The notes below the pieces were generated by a model, which had not been told where the DNA came from, made no database searches, and worked only from the letters and a program-made list of their open reading frames with translations. A program made the translations under genes and the position numbers. A stretch of 46,236 nucleotides of DNA from Candidatus Falkowbacteria bacterium (lineage in GTDB: Bacteria > Patescibacteriota > Patescibacteriia > CAIXNZ01), in contig CAVZGV010000001.1 in assembly GCA_963774955.1 (NCBI GenBank), forward strand, positions 1 to 46,236. Direction: 5' to 3'. Shown piece after piece: positions 22,791-31,498 of this stretch (position 1 is the stretch's first letter; the number at the start of each line of letters is the position of its first letter).

Positions 22791-24761
22791 ATGAGAAGAA
22801 AAGCAGATAAACTTCAGGAGTTGATGAAAATTCCCGGCTTGTTGAAAGAAATCTTGGAAACCAGTGTTCAGGGCATTATCATTTTAAGACACGACAAAAA
22901 AACACTTACGACCGTGACTTTTTATGCCAATGAGCGGGCAGGAACGATTATCGGGGTTAAGGCTTCTGATCTGATTGACATTGATCCTGCCGAATATCTT
23001 CATCCAGAAGATGACAAAGTGGCGCAAATTGAGCTCTACACCAAAGTTTTGACGGGACAGTCAGTCGAGATGGGCCTGAAATTACTACCTCATGACGGCC
23101 TCAATCGTTCCATCAAAGTTATGATGGAAAGAATCAGCCAGACTGAGACAGAATCTTACGTTCTTTGTCTCCTGACTGATTTATCCGAACAGGAAGAGTC
23201 CAACTTTAAACTGAAACAAAACGAGAAGTTTTTCCGAAATTTTTTGGAAAGACTGCCAGCTTTAGTTTTTGTTTTGGAGGATGACGGCACTATCAGTTAT
23301 GCTAATCAGGCAGCGGTGAAGCTGACTGGTTATAGTTCAGAACCAATTGGCAGACTGAATGTCATGTCCATCCTTGATAGAGATGGGCAGATACTGCTCC
23401 TCCAAACAAGACAAGAACTGGATGAAGGTAAAAGTCCCGGCATTAAACCTTTCAAAATCAAAACTGTCAACGGTGATTATATCCCCGTCGACGGTACGGC
23501 TGTAACTCTGATAGTCGGTTCGGTGGTAAAGTTCGTGGGGATAGCGGTCGATGTCAGTGGCAGGATCGAGGCGGAACAGGAACGAGAAAAGATGCGACTG
23601 AAACTTATTCAAACCCAAAAGTTTGAAAGTTTGGGGGTAATGGCCGGCGGGGTTGCTCATGATTTTAATAATATCCTGACCGGAGTCCGCGGCTATCTTG
23701 GCTTGGCTCAACGAACCATACCGTCCGACAGTTCTTCGCAAAAACATCTGCAGTCGATTGATGACCTGATCATCAAATTAACCGATCTGGCCAACCAGAT
23801 GATGGTCTACGCGGGAATCCGTAAGTTCAGCATCAAATCTTTTCATTTTAATGAGCTTATCAAGGATATGGTGCTGATGCTGCAGAGTTCGATTTCTAAA
23901 AAAACGAATTTGCGGCTTAATCTGGAACCTCATCTGCCGTTTATTACCGGTGACATCACTCAGGTTCGTCAGGTAATTATGAATCTGGTTATCAATGCTT
24001 CTGAAGCCTGTGGGACCAACACCGGTGATATTCTGGTTTCGACCAAAAAAGTTTGGTTGCCTGAATCTTCAAAGCATCTGCTTCCGGAACAGATTGTTGC
24101 CGGAGATTACATTTTGCTCGAAATAACTGATACCGGCTGCGGCATGGATGCGGAAACTCTGCATAAAATGTTCGATCCCTTTTTCAGTACCAAGTTTACT
24201 GGCCGAGGCCTTGGGCTGGCCGCTGTTTTGGGAATTATTAAAGGGCATCGCGGCGGCATTAATGTTTATAGCGTGCCCGGGCAGGGAACTACAATTAAAG
24301 TATATTTCCCTGTTTTAGAAGAAAATCAATCTCTGCCGGCTGTAGATTCCGAGGTCTCGCAGACCGAATTTCAGATAAAACGGCGGCTGTCCGGTAAAAC
24401 AATACTGGTAGTTGATGATGAGATGGTTATTCGCGACACCTTCAGCCAGTATTTGTTTTTATACGGTTGCGAAGTTTTAGTTGCTGAAGACGGCTTAGCA
24501 GGTCTGGCCATGTACTTAAAGTATTGCGACAAGATTGATGTAGTGATCTTGGACCTGACTATGCCAAATCTCAGCGGCAAAGAAGTTCTCATTGAAATCA
24601 AAAAGCGGAATCCTCTCGTTAAAATCATTTTAATGAGTGGTTGGGCTGAGGAAGAGGCTTTGAAAAGCTTCAGGCATGGGGATGTGGCTGCTTTTATGCC
24701 CAAGCCGCCAATCTTCGAGGACTTGATAGCAAAATTGCTGGAAGTCCTGGGTGCCAACTAA
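22791..24761 (+). CDS. Hybrid sensor histidine kinase (PAS - PAS - HisKA - HATPase_c - receiver)
   Basis: H-box GGVAHDFNNILT, N-box VIMNLVINASEA, G1 DTGCGMD, G2 GRGLGLA. C-terminal receiver ILVVDDE...DLTMPNLSG...K. AGGAGG Shine-Dalgarno. Confidence 0.88.
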   Translation: MRRKADKLQELMKIPGLLKEILETSVQGIIILRHDKKTLTTVTFYANERAGTIIGVKASDLIDIDPAEYLHPEDDKVAQIELYTKVLTGQSVEMGLKLLPHDGLNRSIKVMMERISQTETESYVLCLLTDLSEQEESNFKLKQNEKFFRNFLERLPALVFVLEDDGTISYANQAAVKLTGYSSEPIGRLNVMSILDRDGQILLLQTRQELDEGKSPGIKPFKIKTVNGDYIPVDGTAVTLIVGSVVKFVGIAVDVSGRIEAEQEREKMRLKLIQTQKFESLGVMAGGVAHDFNNILTGVRGYLGLAQRTIPSDSSSQKHLQSIDDLIIKLTDLANQMMVYAGIRKFSIKSFHFNELIKDMVLMLQSSISKKTNLRLNLEPHLPFITGDITQVRQVIMNLVINASEACGTNTGDILVSTKKVWLPESSKHLLPEQIVAGDYILLEITDTGCGMDAETLHKMFDPFFSTKFTGRGLGLAAVLGIIKGHRGGINVYSVPGQGTTIKVYFPVLEENQSLPAVDSEVSQTEFQIKRRLSGKTILVVDDEMVIRDTFSQYLFLYGCEVLVAEDGLAGLAMYLKYCDKIDVVILDLTMPNLSGKEVLIEIKKRNPLVKIILMSGWAEEEALKSFRHGDVAAFMPKPPIFEDLIAKLLEVLGAN

Positions 24762-24769
24762 ATTTAAAT

Positions 24770-24796
24770 CGGATCAGGGAACTGGTCCGGTTTTTT
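24770..24796 (+). terminator. Rho-independent terminator of the kinase gene
   Basis: 8-bp stem CGGATCAG/CTGGTCCG (one G-U pair), GGAA loop, T6. Confidence 0.75.
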
Positions 24797-24798
24797 AA

Positions 24799-24827
24799 TT
24801 GACTAATAGTCAATGATTTTGTATAAT
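24799..24827 (+). promoter_or_regulatory. Sigma70-type promoter TTGACT-N17-TATAAT for gatC
   Basis: TTGACTaatagtcaatgattttgTATAAT. Confidence 0.6.
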
Positions 24828-24845
24828 ATTAGTAAATTTAATTAT

Positions 24846-25130
24846 ATGAAGCTATCAAAAGCAGAAGTCGAAAAAATTGCCAAGCTTTCCAGGCTTGAAT
24901 TAACCGAGTCAGAAAAGGATAAATTTGCTGACCAAATGTCGGCTGTTTTAGATTATGTCGGCAAACTGGAAAAGGTTAATACTGATAATGTGGAAATGAC
25001 TGCGCAAGTTACCGGGCTGGAAAATGTGTATAGAGAAGATAAGGCTGAGCAGTGTGATTATCAGGAGGATTTGGTTAAACAAGCCGCAGAACACGAGGAT
25101 AATCTGATTAAGACTAAGTCTGTGTTCTAA
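24846..25130 (+). CDS. gatC: Glu/Asp-tRNA amidotransferase subunit C
   Basis: MKLSKAEVEKIAKLSRLELTESEKDKF...LDYV..L..V is the GatC pattern. The ATG at 24813 in the ORF track lies inside the promoter. Confidence 0.88.
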   Translation: MKLSKAEVEKIAKLSRLELTESEKDKFADQMSAVLDYVGKLEKVNTDNVEMTAQVTGLENVYREDKAEQCDYQEDLVKQAAEHEDNLIKTKSVF

Positions 25131-25180
25131 GGTTGTATGAAGTTCTATTGGGTTGTATTAGGTTATATAAAGTTGCAAGT
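25131..25180 (+). repeat. Left array: 5 units of a 10-nt word (ggttgtatga / agttctattg / ggttgtatta / ggttatataa / agttgcaagt)
   Basis: Starts at the nucleotide after the gatC stop, with an exact 10-nt phase. Confidence 0.85.
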
Positions 25181-25189
25181 TTAATAAAT

Positions 25190-25720
25190 ATGAAAATAGA
25201 AACAAACATGTACCAGGCTCCTTACGAAAAATTAATTGTATATAAACAAATTTGTGAATTGCGAAAGCTTATATATAAATATACTGTGCCATTTGCCAGG
25301 TCTGAACCACGTCGTGCATCGCAAATGAGGGATGCTTCCAGATCCGCAAAACAAAATTTTAAAGAAGGTTATCAAAGAGGGTCAATACGAATTTTTATTA
25401 ATTCTTGCAAAATAAGCTATGGGTCGTTGGAAGAGTTGATAGGCGATATAGATGATTGTAATGAGGATGGATTATTCAGCCTAGAAATCTACAATTTACT
25501 GAATGATTTAGCTAAGAAAACCCATTATTTACTAAATAATTATATCCAATCTTTATATAAAATAGAAAAAGAGGGAACTTGGAAAGTTATTCACCCCAAA
25601 AGCAACCTAATAAAACTTCATAAACCATCATATAACCTCATAAAACCACATGGACTTAAACCAACTAACAATCAAACAAGCCACTCAGATGCTAAACAAG
25701 AAAGAGATTTCCAGTACTGA
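25190..25720 (+). CDS. Four-helix-bundle protein (23S rRNA intervening-sequence protein family)
   Basis: YKQICELRKLIYKYT..F...EPRRASQMRDASRSAKQNFKEGY.RGS...FINSCKISYGSLEEL is the family pattern. The C-terminal about 40 aa is read-through of the right array and overlaps gatA by 71 nt, so the true end is uncertain. Confidence 0.75.
   Translation: MKIETNMYQAPYEKLIVYKQICELRKLIYKYTVPFARSEPRRASQMRDASRSAKQNFKEGYQRGSIRIFINSCKISYGSLEELIGDIDDCNEDGLFSLEIYNLLNDLAKKTHYLLNNYIQSLYKIEKEGTWKVIHPKSNLIKLHKPSYNLIKPHGLKPTNNQTSHSDAKQERDFQY
25601..25650 (+). repeat. Right array: about 5 units of the reverse-complement 10-nt word (taaaacttca / taaaccatca / tataacctca / taaaaccaca)
   Basis: The reverse complement (tgaagtttta, tgatggttta, tgaggttata...) matches the left-array consensus TATGANGTTNTA. 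The array decays into the first gatA codons. Confidence 0.85.
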
Positions 25721-27107
25721 CTTGGTCAAAGATTGCATTAAACGCATTGCCAAGACTGATAAAAAAGTCCATGCTTTTTTGAATACAAATTTTGAACAAG
25801 CGCAAAGTGCTGCCAAGGAGGTGGATAAGAAGATAAAAAAAGGCGAACACTTAAATACATTAGAGGGAATTCCTTGTGGTATTAAAGACTTGATTTTAAC
25901 CGAAGGTATTGTGACGACAGCCTCATCTAAAATGTTACAGAATTATAAGCCTTTATTTGACGCCACGGTTATAAAAAAACTTAAGGAAAATGGGGCAATT
26001 ATACTGGGTAAACATAATTGTGATGCCTGGGGACATGGGTCATCAACTGAAAATTCAGATTATGGTCCCAGTCATAACCCTTGGGATTTGGAACGTGTTC
26101 CGGGCGGTTCTTCCGGCGGTAGCGCGGCCAGTGTAGCAGCTGATCAAGTTATTTATTCATTAGGTACTGATACTGGCGGTTCAATCCGTCATCCTTCCAG
26201 TTTATGCGGCGTAGTCGGGTTGAAACCAACTTATGGCCGGGTTTCCCGTTTTGGCGCCATTGCTATGGGATCTTCTTTAGATCAAATCGGACCGATAACC
26301 AAGACAGTAGAGGATGCTGCCATTATTATGAATGTAATATCAGGTATAGATAAACTGGACGGAACCTCCGTGCCCAAGCCTGTTCCTGATTATACCAAAA
26401 ATTTACAGCAGGGAATTAAGGGCCTGAAAATTGGGGTGCCCAAGGAAGCTTTTGTTGAAGGCCTAGATCCTGAAGTTAAACAGCTGATTCAGCTTGCGAT
26501 TAGAGATATGGAAAAGGAGGGAGCTGAGATTCAGGAAGTTTCCTTGCAGACTTTACCTTATGGTTTGGCTTGTTATTACATAATTATGCCCTCAGAAGTT
26601 AGTTCCAATCTGGGCCGATATGATGGCATCCGTTACGGTTATCAGGATAAAGACGCCAAAGATCTGTTTGAAATTTATACCAAGTCCCGAGCCAAGGGTT
26701 TTGGCGCTGAAGCTAAACGCAGAATCATGATCGGTACATATGTTCTTTCCGCCGGTTATTATGATGCTTATTATAAAAAAGCCATGCGCGTCAGAACTTT
26801 GATCAAGCAGGAATTTGATAATGTTTTCAATAATGTTGACTTGTTATTAATGCCGACTTCACCGCGGCCAGCCTTTAAAATAGGGGAGAATATCAATGAT
26901 CCTTTGACTATGTACTTGGAAGATATTTATACTGTAACCATTAACTTGGCAGGAGTGCCTGCAATTTCCGTGCCTTGTGGATATATAAATAATTTACCGG
27001 TGGGCATGCAGTTAATTGGTAATCAGTTTGATGAAGAAACGATTTTCCGCGCCGCGTATGCGTATGAGCAGGCAAACGGCTGGAATAAAATTAAACCCAA
27101 ACTATAA
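25650..27107 (+). CDS. gatA: Glu/Asp-tRNA amidotransferase subunit A
   Basis: Amidase signature GGSSGGSAASVAA...GTDTGGSIR; full-length GatA pattern. Confidence 0.95.
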   Translation: MDLNQLTIKQATQMLNKKEISSTDLVKDCIKRIAKTDKKVHAFLNTNFEQAQSAAKEVDKKIKKGEHLNTLEGIPCGIKDLILTEGIVTTASSKMLQNYKPLFDATVIKKLKENGAIILGKHNCDAWGHGSSTENSDYGPSHNPWDLERVPGGSSGGSAASVAADQVIYSLGTDTGGSIRHPSSLCGVVGLKPTYGRVSRFGAIAMGSSLDQIGPITKTVEDAAIIMNVISGIDKLDGTSVPKPVPDYTKNLQQGIKGLKIGVPKEAFVEGLDPEVKQLIQLAIRDMEKEGAEIQEVSLQTLPYGLACYYIIMPSEVSSNLGRYDGIRYGYQDKDAKDLFEIYTKSRAKGFGAEAKRRIMIGTYVLSAGYYDAYYKKAMRVRTLIKQEFDNVFNNVDLLLMPTSPRPAFKIGENINDPLTMYLEDIYTVTINLAGVPAISVPCGYINNLPVGMQLIGNQFDEETIFRAAYAYEQANGWNKIKPKL

Positions 27108-27172
27108 AGAATTATAGTATCGCAGTACTTAAACTCTCTAGCACTTAAATTCTTAAACGCTTTTAAATAAAG

Positions 27173-27204
27173 AAGCCCCTCCCGCGTTGCGAGAAGGGCT
27201 TTTA
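27173..27204. terminator. Bidirectional terminator between gatA and the proB-like gene
   Basis: Imperfect 13-position stem AAGCCCCTCCCGC/GCGAGAAGGGCTT, with a T run downstream and an A run upstream. Confidence 0.65.
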
Positions 27205-27954
27205 TTATATAAAAATGGTGCCGAAATTTTCATGTCGGTTGCCGTTTAAACGGTCTAATGCCTGCAAAATAAAGTCGGATTCTGCAGCCGGCGCTAAAAT
27301 TGTTTTTATCCCGGACAACGCCAGCTCATGAGCAATTTTAATTTTAAAATTGATGCCGCCGCTTTTTTTCCCCAATGAGCTGCAGCCATGAACTTGATTG
27401 CTAAACTGTTCATAATTTTCGTTGCTAACCAGAGGTACAACTTTTTTGTTCTGGTCAAGAAGTCCAGCTTGGTCAATCCCAATGACCACTGCATCGATTT
27501 TTACTCCCGCCAACTGACAAATCATTTGAGTCAGGGCATCGTTGTCTTCACATATATTTAATGCTTCTAATTCCTTATTACTGGTGGCGTCATTGGCATT
27601 AAATATTAAGACAACTTTTTCTTGAGCCGCTTCTGTGATGACTGAGGTCAAAACAGTCGCATTGGCAAAATCAAGGTCAGTAACTAAAATCTGCCCGCAC
27701 TCTGTCTTTAGCTGATCAAAATAATGTTTGTAGAACCTCATTAATTCAGGCTGGCCCACGACGGCTCTTAAATTATCAGAACGGTGGAGATGAGGGTCAG
27801 AGGCTACTGCTCCGGAACTGACCAGAATACAGGCTGTATTATTTGTGACTAAAAAATGAAGTTGTCGGCAAACATCAGCAATCAGCTGCTGCTTAATATT
27901 ACCCAGCCCGTCTGTTAAAAGTCCTGAACCTAGCTTGATAATTATCCTGTCCAT
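27205..27954 (-). CDS. proB: Amino-acid kinase family protein, glutamate 5-kinase-like (no PUA domain)
   Basis: Start set at MDRIIIKLGSGLLTD after AGGAGG. LVSSGAV, VVGQPELM, FNANDA...EDNDALT and GGINFKIKIA parallel ProB motifs. No proA in the window. Confidence 0.6.
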   Translation of the reverse strand: MDRIIIKLGSGLLTDGLGNIKQQLIADVCRQLHFLVTNNTACILVSSGAVASDPHLHRSDNLRAVVGQPELMRFYKHYFDQLKTECGQILVTDLDFANATVLTSVITEAAQEKVVLIFNANDATSNKELEALNICEDNDALTQMICQLAGVKIDAVVIGIDQAGLLDQNKKVVPLVSNENYEQFSNQVHGCSSLGKKSGGINFKIKIAHELALSGIKTILAPAAESDFILQALDRLNGNRHENFGTIFI

Positions 27955-27988
27955 ATTTGTGACCTCCTGGATTTTAAAGAACACTAAA

Positions 27989-28017
27989 AATTTAGCAAAA
28001 AAATGAAGGCAAGTCAA
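27989..28017 (-). promoter_or_regulatory. Sigma70-type promoter TTGACT-N17-TAAATT
   Basis: Minus strand reads TTGACTtgccttcatttttttgcTAAATT. Confidence 0.55.
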
Positions 28018-28020
28018 TGA

Positions 28021-28055
28021 AAAAAAATAACCCCCGCACCGTATGGCGCTGGGGG
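28021..28055 (-). terminator. Terminator of 28065..28646
   Basis: CCCCC...GGGGG hairpin. The plus-strand A7 run gives a T run on the minus strand. Confidence 0.7.
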
Positions 28056-28064
28056 CTTTGAGTT

Positions 28065-28646
28065 TTACTCAATTTCATAAAGATCTTTGTTTCTTTGGTT
28101 GATGGCACAGCCATTGTTATTTATCCCATAAATACCAAGTCCTGTGTGCATTTGGGGTTTTCCACCAAGCTGCACTTGGATGTAATGCTTGAGCTCGGTG
28201 ATGCATTTTACAGTGCCGTCAGTATTGAGCGTTTCAGCATAAACTCCGTAAACCGGTTCGTCTTTGCAAGGAGGATTGCTGGGATCTTGGCAAACAGGAT
28301 CCTGAGAAGGACGATAGATTGCAAAAGCAGCATGCCCGCTGTCGAATTTTGTGGTATGAATTTTGAAAGTATGGGTGAAAGCTTTGAGCTTTTCGTCCCA
28401 TTTTAGCTGCTGTGATTTGCCGTCAGCTGTGAACATGGTAACCTTGTCACTGGCTTTGAGCGGAATGTCCAGCAAGGTCTTGTCGACCTGTTGATTCCCA
28501 TAGGAGCCTAGGCCATTGCCGCCGCTGTCACCGCTGACCACGATGCGGACGGTATAGGTTTTTGCTCCGTTGGAATTCGCATTAGCAAAAACGATGAGAA
28601 AAAGAATCCCTACAAGAAACAAAGATCCCAAAAGTTTTCTTTTCAT
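28065..28646 (-). CDS. Secreted hypothetical protein (193 aa)
   Basis: N-terminal signal peptide MKRKLLGSLFLVGILFLIVFANA, and several Cys residues. No family recognised. Confidence 0.6.
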   Translation of the reverse strand: MKRKLLGSLFLVGILFLIVFANANSNGAKTYTVRIVVSGDSGGNGLGSYGNQQVDKTLLDIPLKASDKVTMFTADGKSQQLKWDEKLKAFTHTFKIHTTKFDSGHAAFAIYRPSQDPVCQDPSNPPCKDEPVYGVYAETLNTDGTVKCITELKHYIQVQLGGKPQMHTGLGIYGINNNGCAINQRNKDLYEIE

Positions 28647-28697
28647 CGATTTCTCCTTGAACTGAATTTGCTATAAGTTTGTCATATAATTCATATT

Positions 28698-28730
28698 TTG
28701 TCAATAGTTCAAATGATTATCTATTGACAA
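28698..28730. promoter_or_regulatory. 10-bp perfect inverted repeat TTGTCAATAG-N13-CTATTGACAA in a divergent intergenic region
   Basis: Each arm carries TTGACA on one strand, giving back-to-back -35 boxes or an operator. Confidence 0.5.
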
Positions 28731-28752
28731 ATCATTATAATTATGCTAAAAT
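28724..28752 (+). promoter_or_regulatory. Sigma70-type promoter TTGACA-N17-TAAAAT for the 864-aa surface protein
   Basis: TTGACAaatcattataattatgcTAAAAT. Confidence 0.6.
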
Positions 28753-28799
28753 AAGCTATTGCTAATAATTTTAAAATAATCAATAATAAATATAATAAT

Positions 28800-31394
28800 A
28801 TGTTGAAAAGAATATCAATCATTTTAGCTAAATTTAGCTTACTTTTAGTCATTACTTTCCTGGGAGTCTTTTTGGCTCTGCCTTCTTTGGCAAAGGCGGA
28901 AACAGACACTTATGCCACTTTGGTCATCCAGGCTAAGGATGCCAATGGTAATAAAATGACCAATATCAATGTTAATATATATCAGCAATTGACAGATATT
29001 AACAATAATCCCGTCCAAGGTAACCGTATTTTAGACGGATATATCAATGAAACTGGTCAAACAACCATAAAATTCAGAAATGACCCGGCTAATAATCTAA
29101 ATGTTGTTTATGAATATTCACAGACCTGGCGCGATTTTGAAAAATTTTATTTATATGATCAAAAAATAAACGGTGCGGAAACCGTTAATTTAACTTTGAC
29201 TTTCAGTTCTGCCCGTATTGTGCTTAAAGATAAACAGAGCAATTTATTGAAAGATCAGGGCTATGATGTTTATTCTGCATCAGTTGATGAATCCGGTAAA
29301 AAGGTTGCTTTCCGTCAGCTGTATGGTTGGCAAACTACCGGTGTTTTAGGTTATAAAATATATTATTTTGTGCCCGGGGATTATATTGTCAGAGTTTTAA
29401 ATAAAGATTACTTATTTACTGTCACTAAAAACAACCAGACAAATTTTGAAATAATTGTTGAAAAAGAAGTTCCTCAGACTCCCGTTGGTGATACTTATGC
29501 CAATTTAACTGTGGTTTCCAAGTCCGCAACCGGAGAAAAAATCTCCAATATCAGCTTTGTGGTTTATGAACAAAAAAACGATATAAATAATAAGCCGGTT
29601 TTCGGTGATCGTTTGGCCGAAGGCTATATTGGCAATATCGGCAATACCGTGGTCAAAATCAAAATGAATGACGCAGACACTAAAGCTGTGGCCATTGAAT
29701 ATGCACGTGAATGGCGCAATGACGCCAGGTTTTCTTTGTGGAATCAAACTATTAAGGCGAATGAATATCGGGAATCTGTTCTGACTTTTAGTACAGTCCA
29801 GATTGTCCTGAAAGATGTTAACAGCCAATTATTGAAAGATTTACCTTTTGATATTTATTCTACGGTTGCCGATGTTTACGGGAAAAAAGTCGCCAAAGAC
29901 AATCTTTATGCCTGGCAAAAAACTGGCTTAACCGGCGCTGCCAGCTTTGTTTTAATTCCCGGTGATTATATCTTGAGGATTAAATTCCCTGAAATTAACA
30001 ATAATAATATCAAAGCCCTGGATTATGGTTTTACCACTTATCAGAATTATCAGACTGAAATTAATTATTACCTGGCTGATATAAAAGTCGCCTCTAAATT
30101 TAATAACAATAATTTAAAACAAAATACAGACTTTAAGCTGTATGTTAAGGATTGGGATGGTGACGTCTGGACCTATAAAGAGTTGGGTACTTATAATACC
30201 GGCGACAGTGTTAAGCGCTTGTATGTGCCCGGCGGCGATTATAAGATTGCCTTTAAAGACAGTTTGGGTAATTTTAATAATGAAACAGAATTCCATTTAG
30301 ATCGGGGACAGGAAAAGGAGTTTGGTCAAAATTCTGGAGTATTTTATTTTATTTTGAAAGATATCTTCAATGAACCTGTTAAAGGTCAGCGAGTCAGTCT
30401 GTATAAAATTGTTAATGGCCAGAAAACCGATCGTTTGTTTTGGGGGGTGACTGACAATCAGGGTTTAGTCCAATTATCTTTGGGTACAGGTATGTATCAG
30501 GTTGAAATTGACGGTATTTACAACGGCTTAAATTATTCAACTCAGCCTTTTAATGTCTATGAAAATATTTCTACCAGTTATGAATTTAAACTGGCAAAAA
30601 CCAACCTGCACCTGCAGAATAAATATTATCAGGATTTGAAAAATCAGCCGTTTACCCTGTATAAATATGCGACTGATGTTAATAATAATATGATAGCCGG
30701 AGCTGAAATCGGCGTTTTTTCAACCGGTTATAACGGTTATGCCGATATTTATCTGCCCGGAGGCAGTTATGTCCTAAAAACAGCCGGTACGAATCAGATT
30801 TTTCTGGTTTCGGTCCAGGATCAGAAATACAATGACATTTACCTGATCTTAAATCAAGTTTCAGCTTCTTATAGTACAAATACTACAACTAGTACAAGTA
30901 CTACAACCTCAACACCTGCAACGACTACGAGTAATACAAGTTCCAATTTAAACTATTCGTCAGTAAGTAGTGATTCTAATAATTTGTACGCTAAAGACAG
31001 TGACGGTGATGGTTTGGCTGATTTTGAGGAATATTATATCTGGAAGACAAATGCTTACGATATTGATTCTGACAGTGACGGTTATTCTGACAAAACAGAA
31101 ATTCAGAATAATTATAATCCCAGTGGCAGCGGCAGATTTTATTGGACAAATTTTTCTTATGGCAAACCCCGCACCTGGTCACCAGCAATGGAAAAGGACA
31201 AAGCTGCTTATTTGAAAGCAGAATTGGTTTATCGTTTAGGCCACAGTATCGGTGTGGCAGCCAAAGACTGGAGTACGCTAGTGAACTCATATATTTACGG
31301 AGGCTATACAATTGATGAAATTAAAGATACTTTGGTTTATGGTCCGGGCCAGGTTCATCCGACAATTCCGGCCTCATTATGGAGAAAAAGATAA
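28800..31394 (+). CDS. Large secreted/cell-surface protein with repeated beta-sandwich-like modules, a Thr/Ser linker and TSP3-type Ca-binding repeats
   Basis: Signal peptide. Two about 195-aa paralogous modules. Linker STNTTTSTSTTTSTPATTTSNTSS. DSDGDGLADFEE and DSDSDGYSD. Confidence 0.75.
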   Translation: MLKRISIILAKFSLLLVITFLGVFLALPSLAKAETDTYATLVIQAKDANGNKMTNINVNIYQQLTDINNNPVQGNRILDGYINETGQTTIKFRNDPANNLNVVYEYSQTWRDFEKFYLYDQKINGAETVNLTLTFSSARIVLKDKQSNLLKDQGYDVYSASVDESGKKVAFRQLYGWQTTGVLGYKIYYFVPGDYIVRVLNKDYLFTVTKNNQTNFEIIVEKEVPQTPVGDTYANLTVVSKSATGEKISNISFVVYEQKNDINNKPVFGDRLAEGYIGNIGNTVVKIKMNDADTKAVAIEYAREWRNDARFSLWNQTIKANEYRESVLTFSTVQIVLKDVNSQLLKDLPFDIYSTVADVYGKKVAKDNLYAWQKTGLTGAASFVLIPGDYILRIKFPEINNNNIKALDYGFTTYQNYQTEINYYLADIKVASKFNNNNLKQNTDFKLYVKDWDGDVWTYKELGTYNTGDSVKRLYVPGGDYKIAFKDSLGNFNNETEFHLDRGQEKEFGQNSGVFYFILKDIFNEPVKGQRVSLYKIVNGQKTDRLFWGVTDNQGLVQLSLGTGMYQVEIDGIYNGLNYSTQPFNVYENISTSYEFKLAKTNLHLQNKYYQDLKNQPFTLYKYATDVNNNMIAGAEIGVFSTGYNGYADIYLPGGSYVLKTAGTNQIFLVSVQDQKYNDIYLILNQVSASYSTNTTTSTSTTTSTPATTTSNTSSNLNYSSVSSDSNNLYAKDSDGDGLADFEEYYIWKTNAYDIDSDSDGYSDKTEIQNNYNPSGSGRFYWTNFSYGKPRTWSPAMEKDKAAYLKAELVYRLGHSIGVAAKDWSTLVNSYIYGGYTIDEIKDTLVYGPGQVHPTIPASLWRKR
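28908..29981 (+). repeat. Internal tandem duplication (module 1 28908-29396; module 2 29493-29981)
   Basis: TYATLVIQAKDANGNKMTNINVNIYQQ...PGDYIVRV aligns with TYANLTVVSKSATGEKISNISFVVYEQ...PGDYILRI. Confidence 0.7.
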
Positions 31395-31411
31395 ATTAGT
31401 AAGATAAAAAA

Positions 31412-31447
31412 GGCGATCCTAACATAAGGGTCGTCTTTTTGTTTTTT
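31412..31447 (+). terminator. Rho-independent terminator
   Basis: 8-bp stem GGCGATCC/GGGTCGTC (two G-U pairs) followed by a long T run. Confidence 0.7.
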
Positions 31448-31498
31448 CCTTATCTTTGCTATAATATAGGTAACTAAATTTTAAATTTAATTAACTGT

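Noticed and set aside
27121-27170. Periodic CTTAAA words after gatA could be another inverted-array element.
   Set aside because: There are only four direct copies with irregular spacing (16, 8, 10 nt) and no inverted partner arm. This is insufficient to call.
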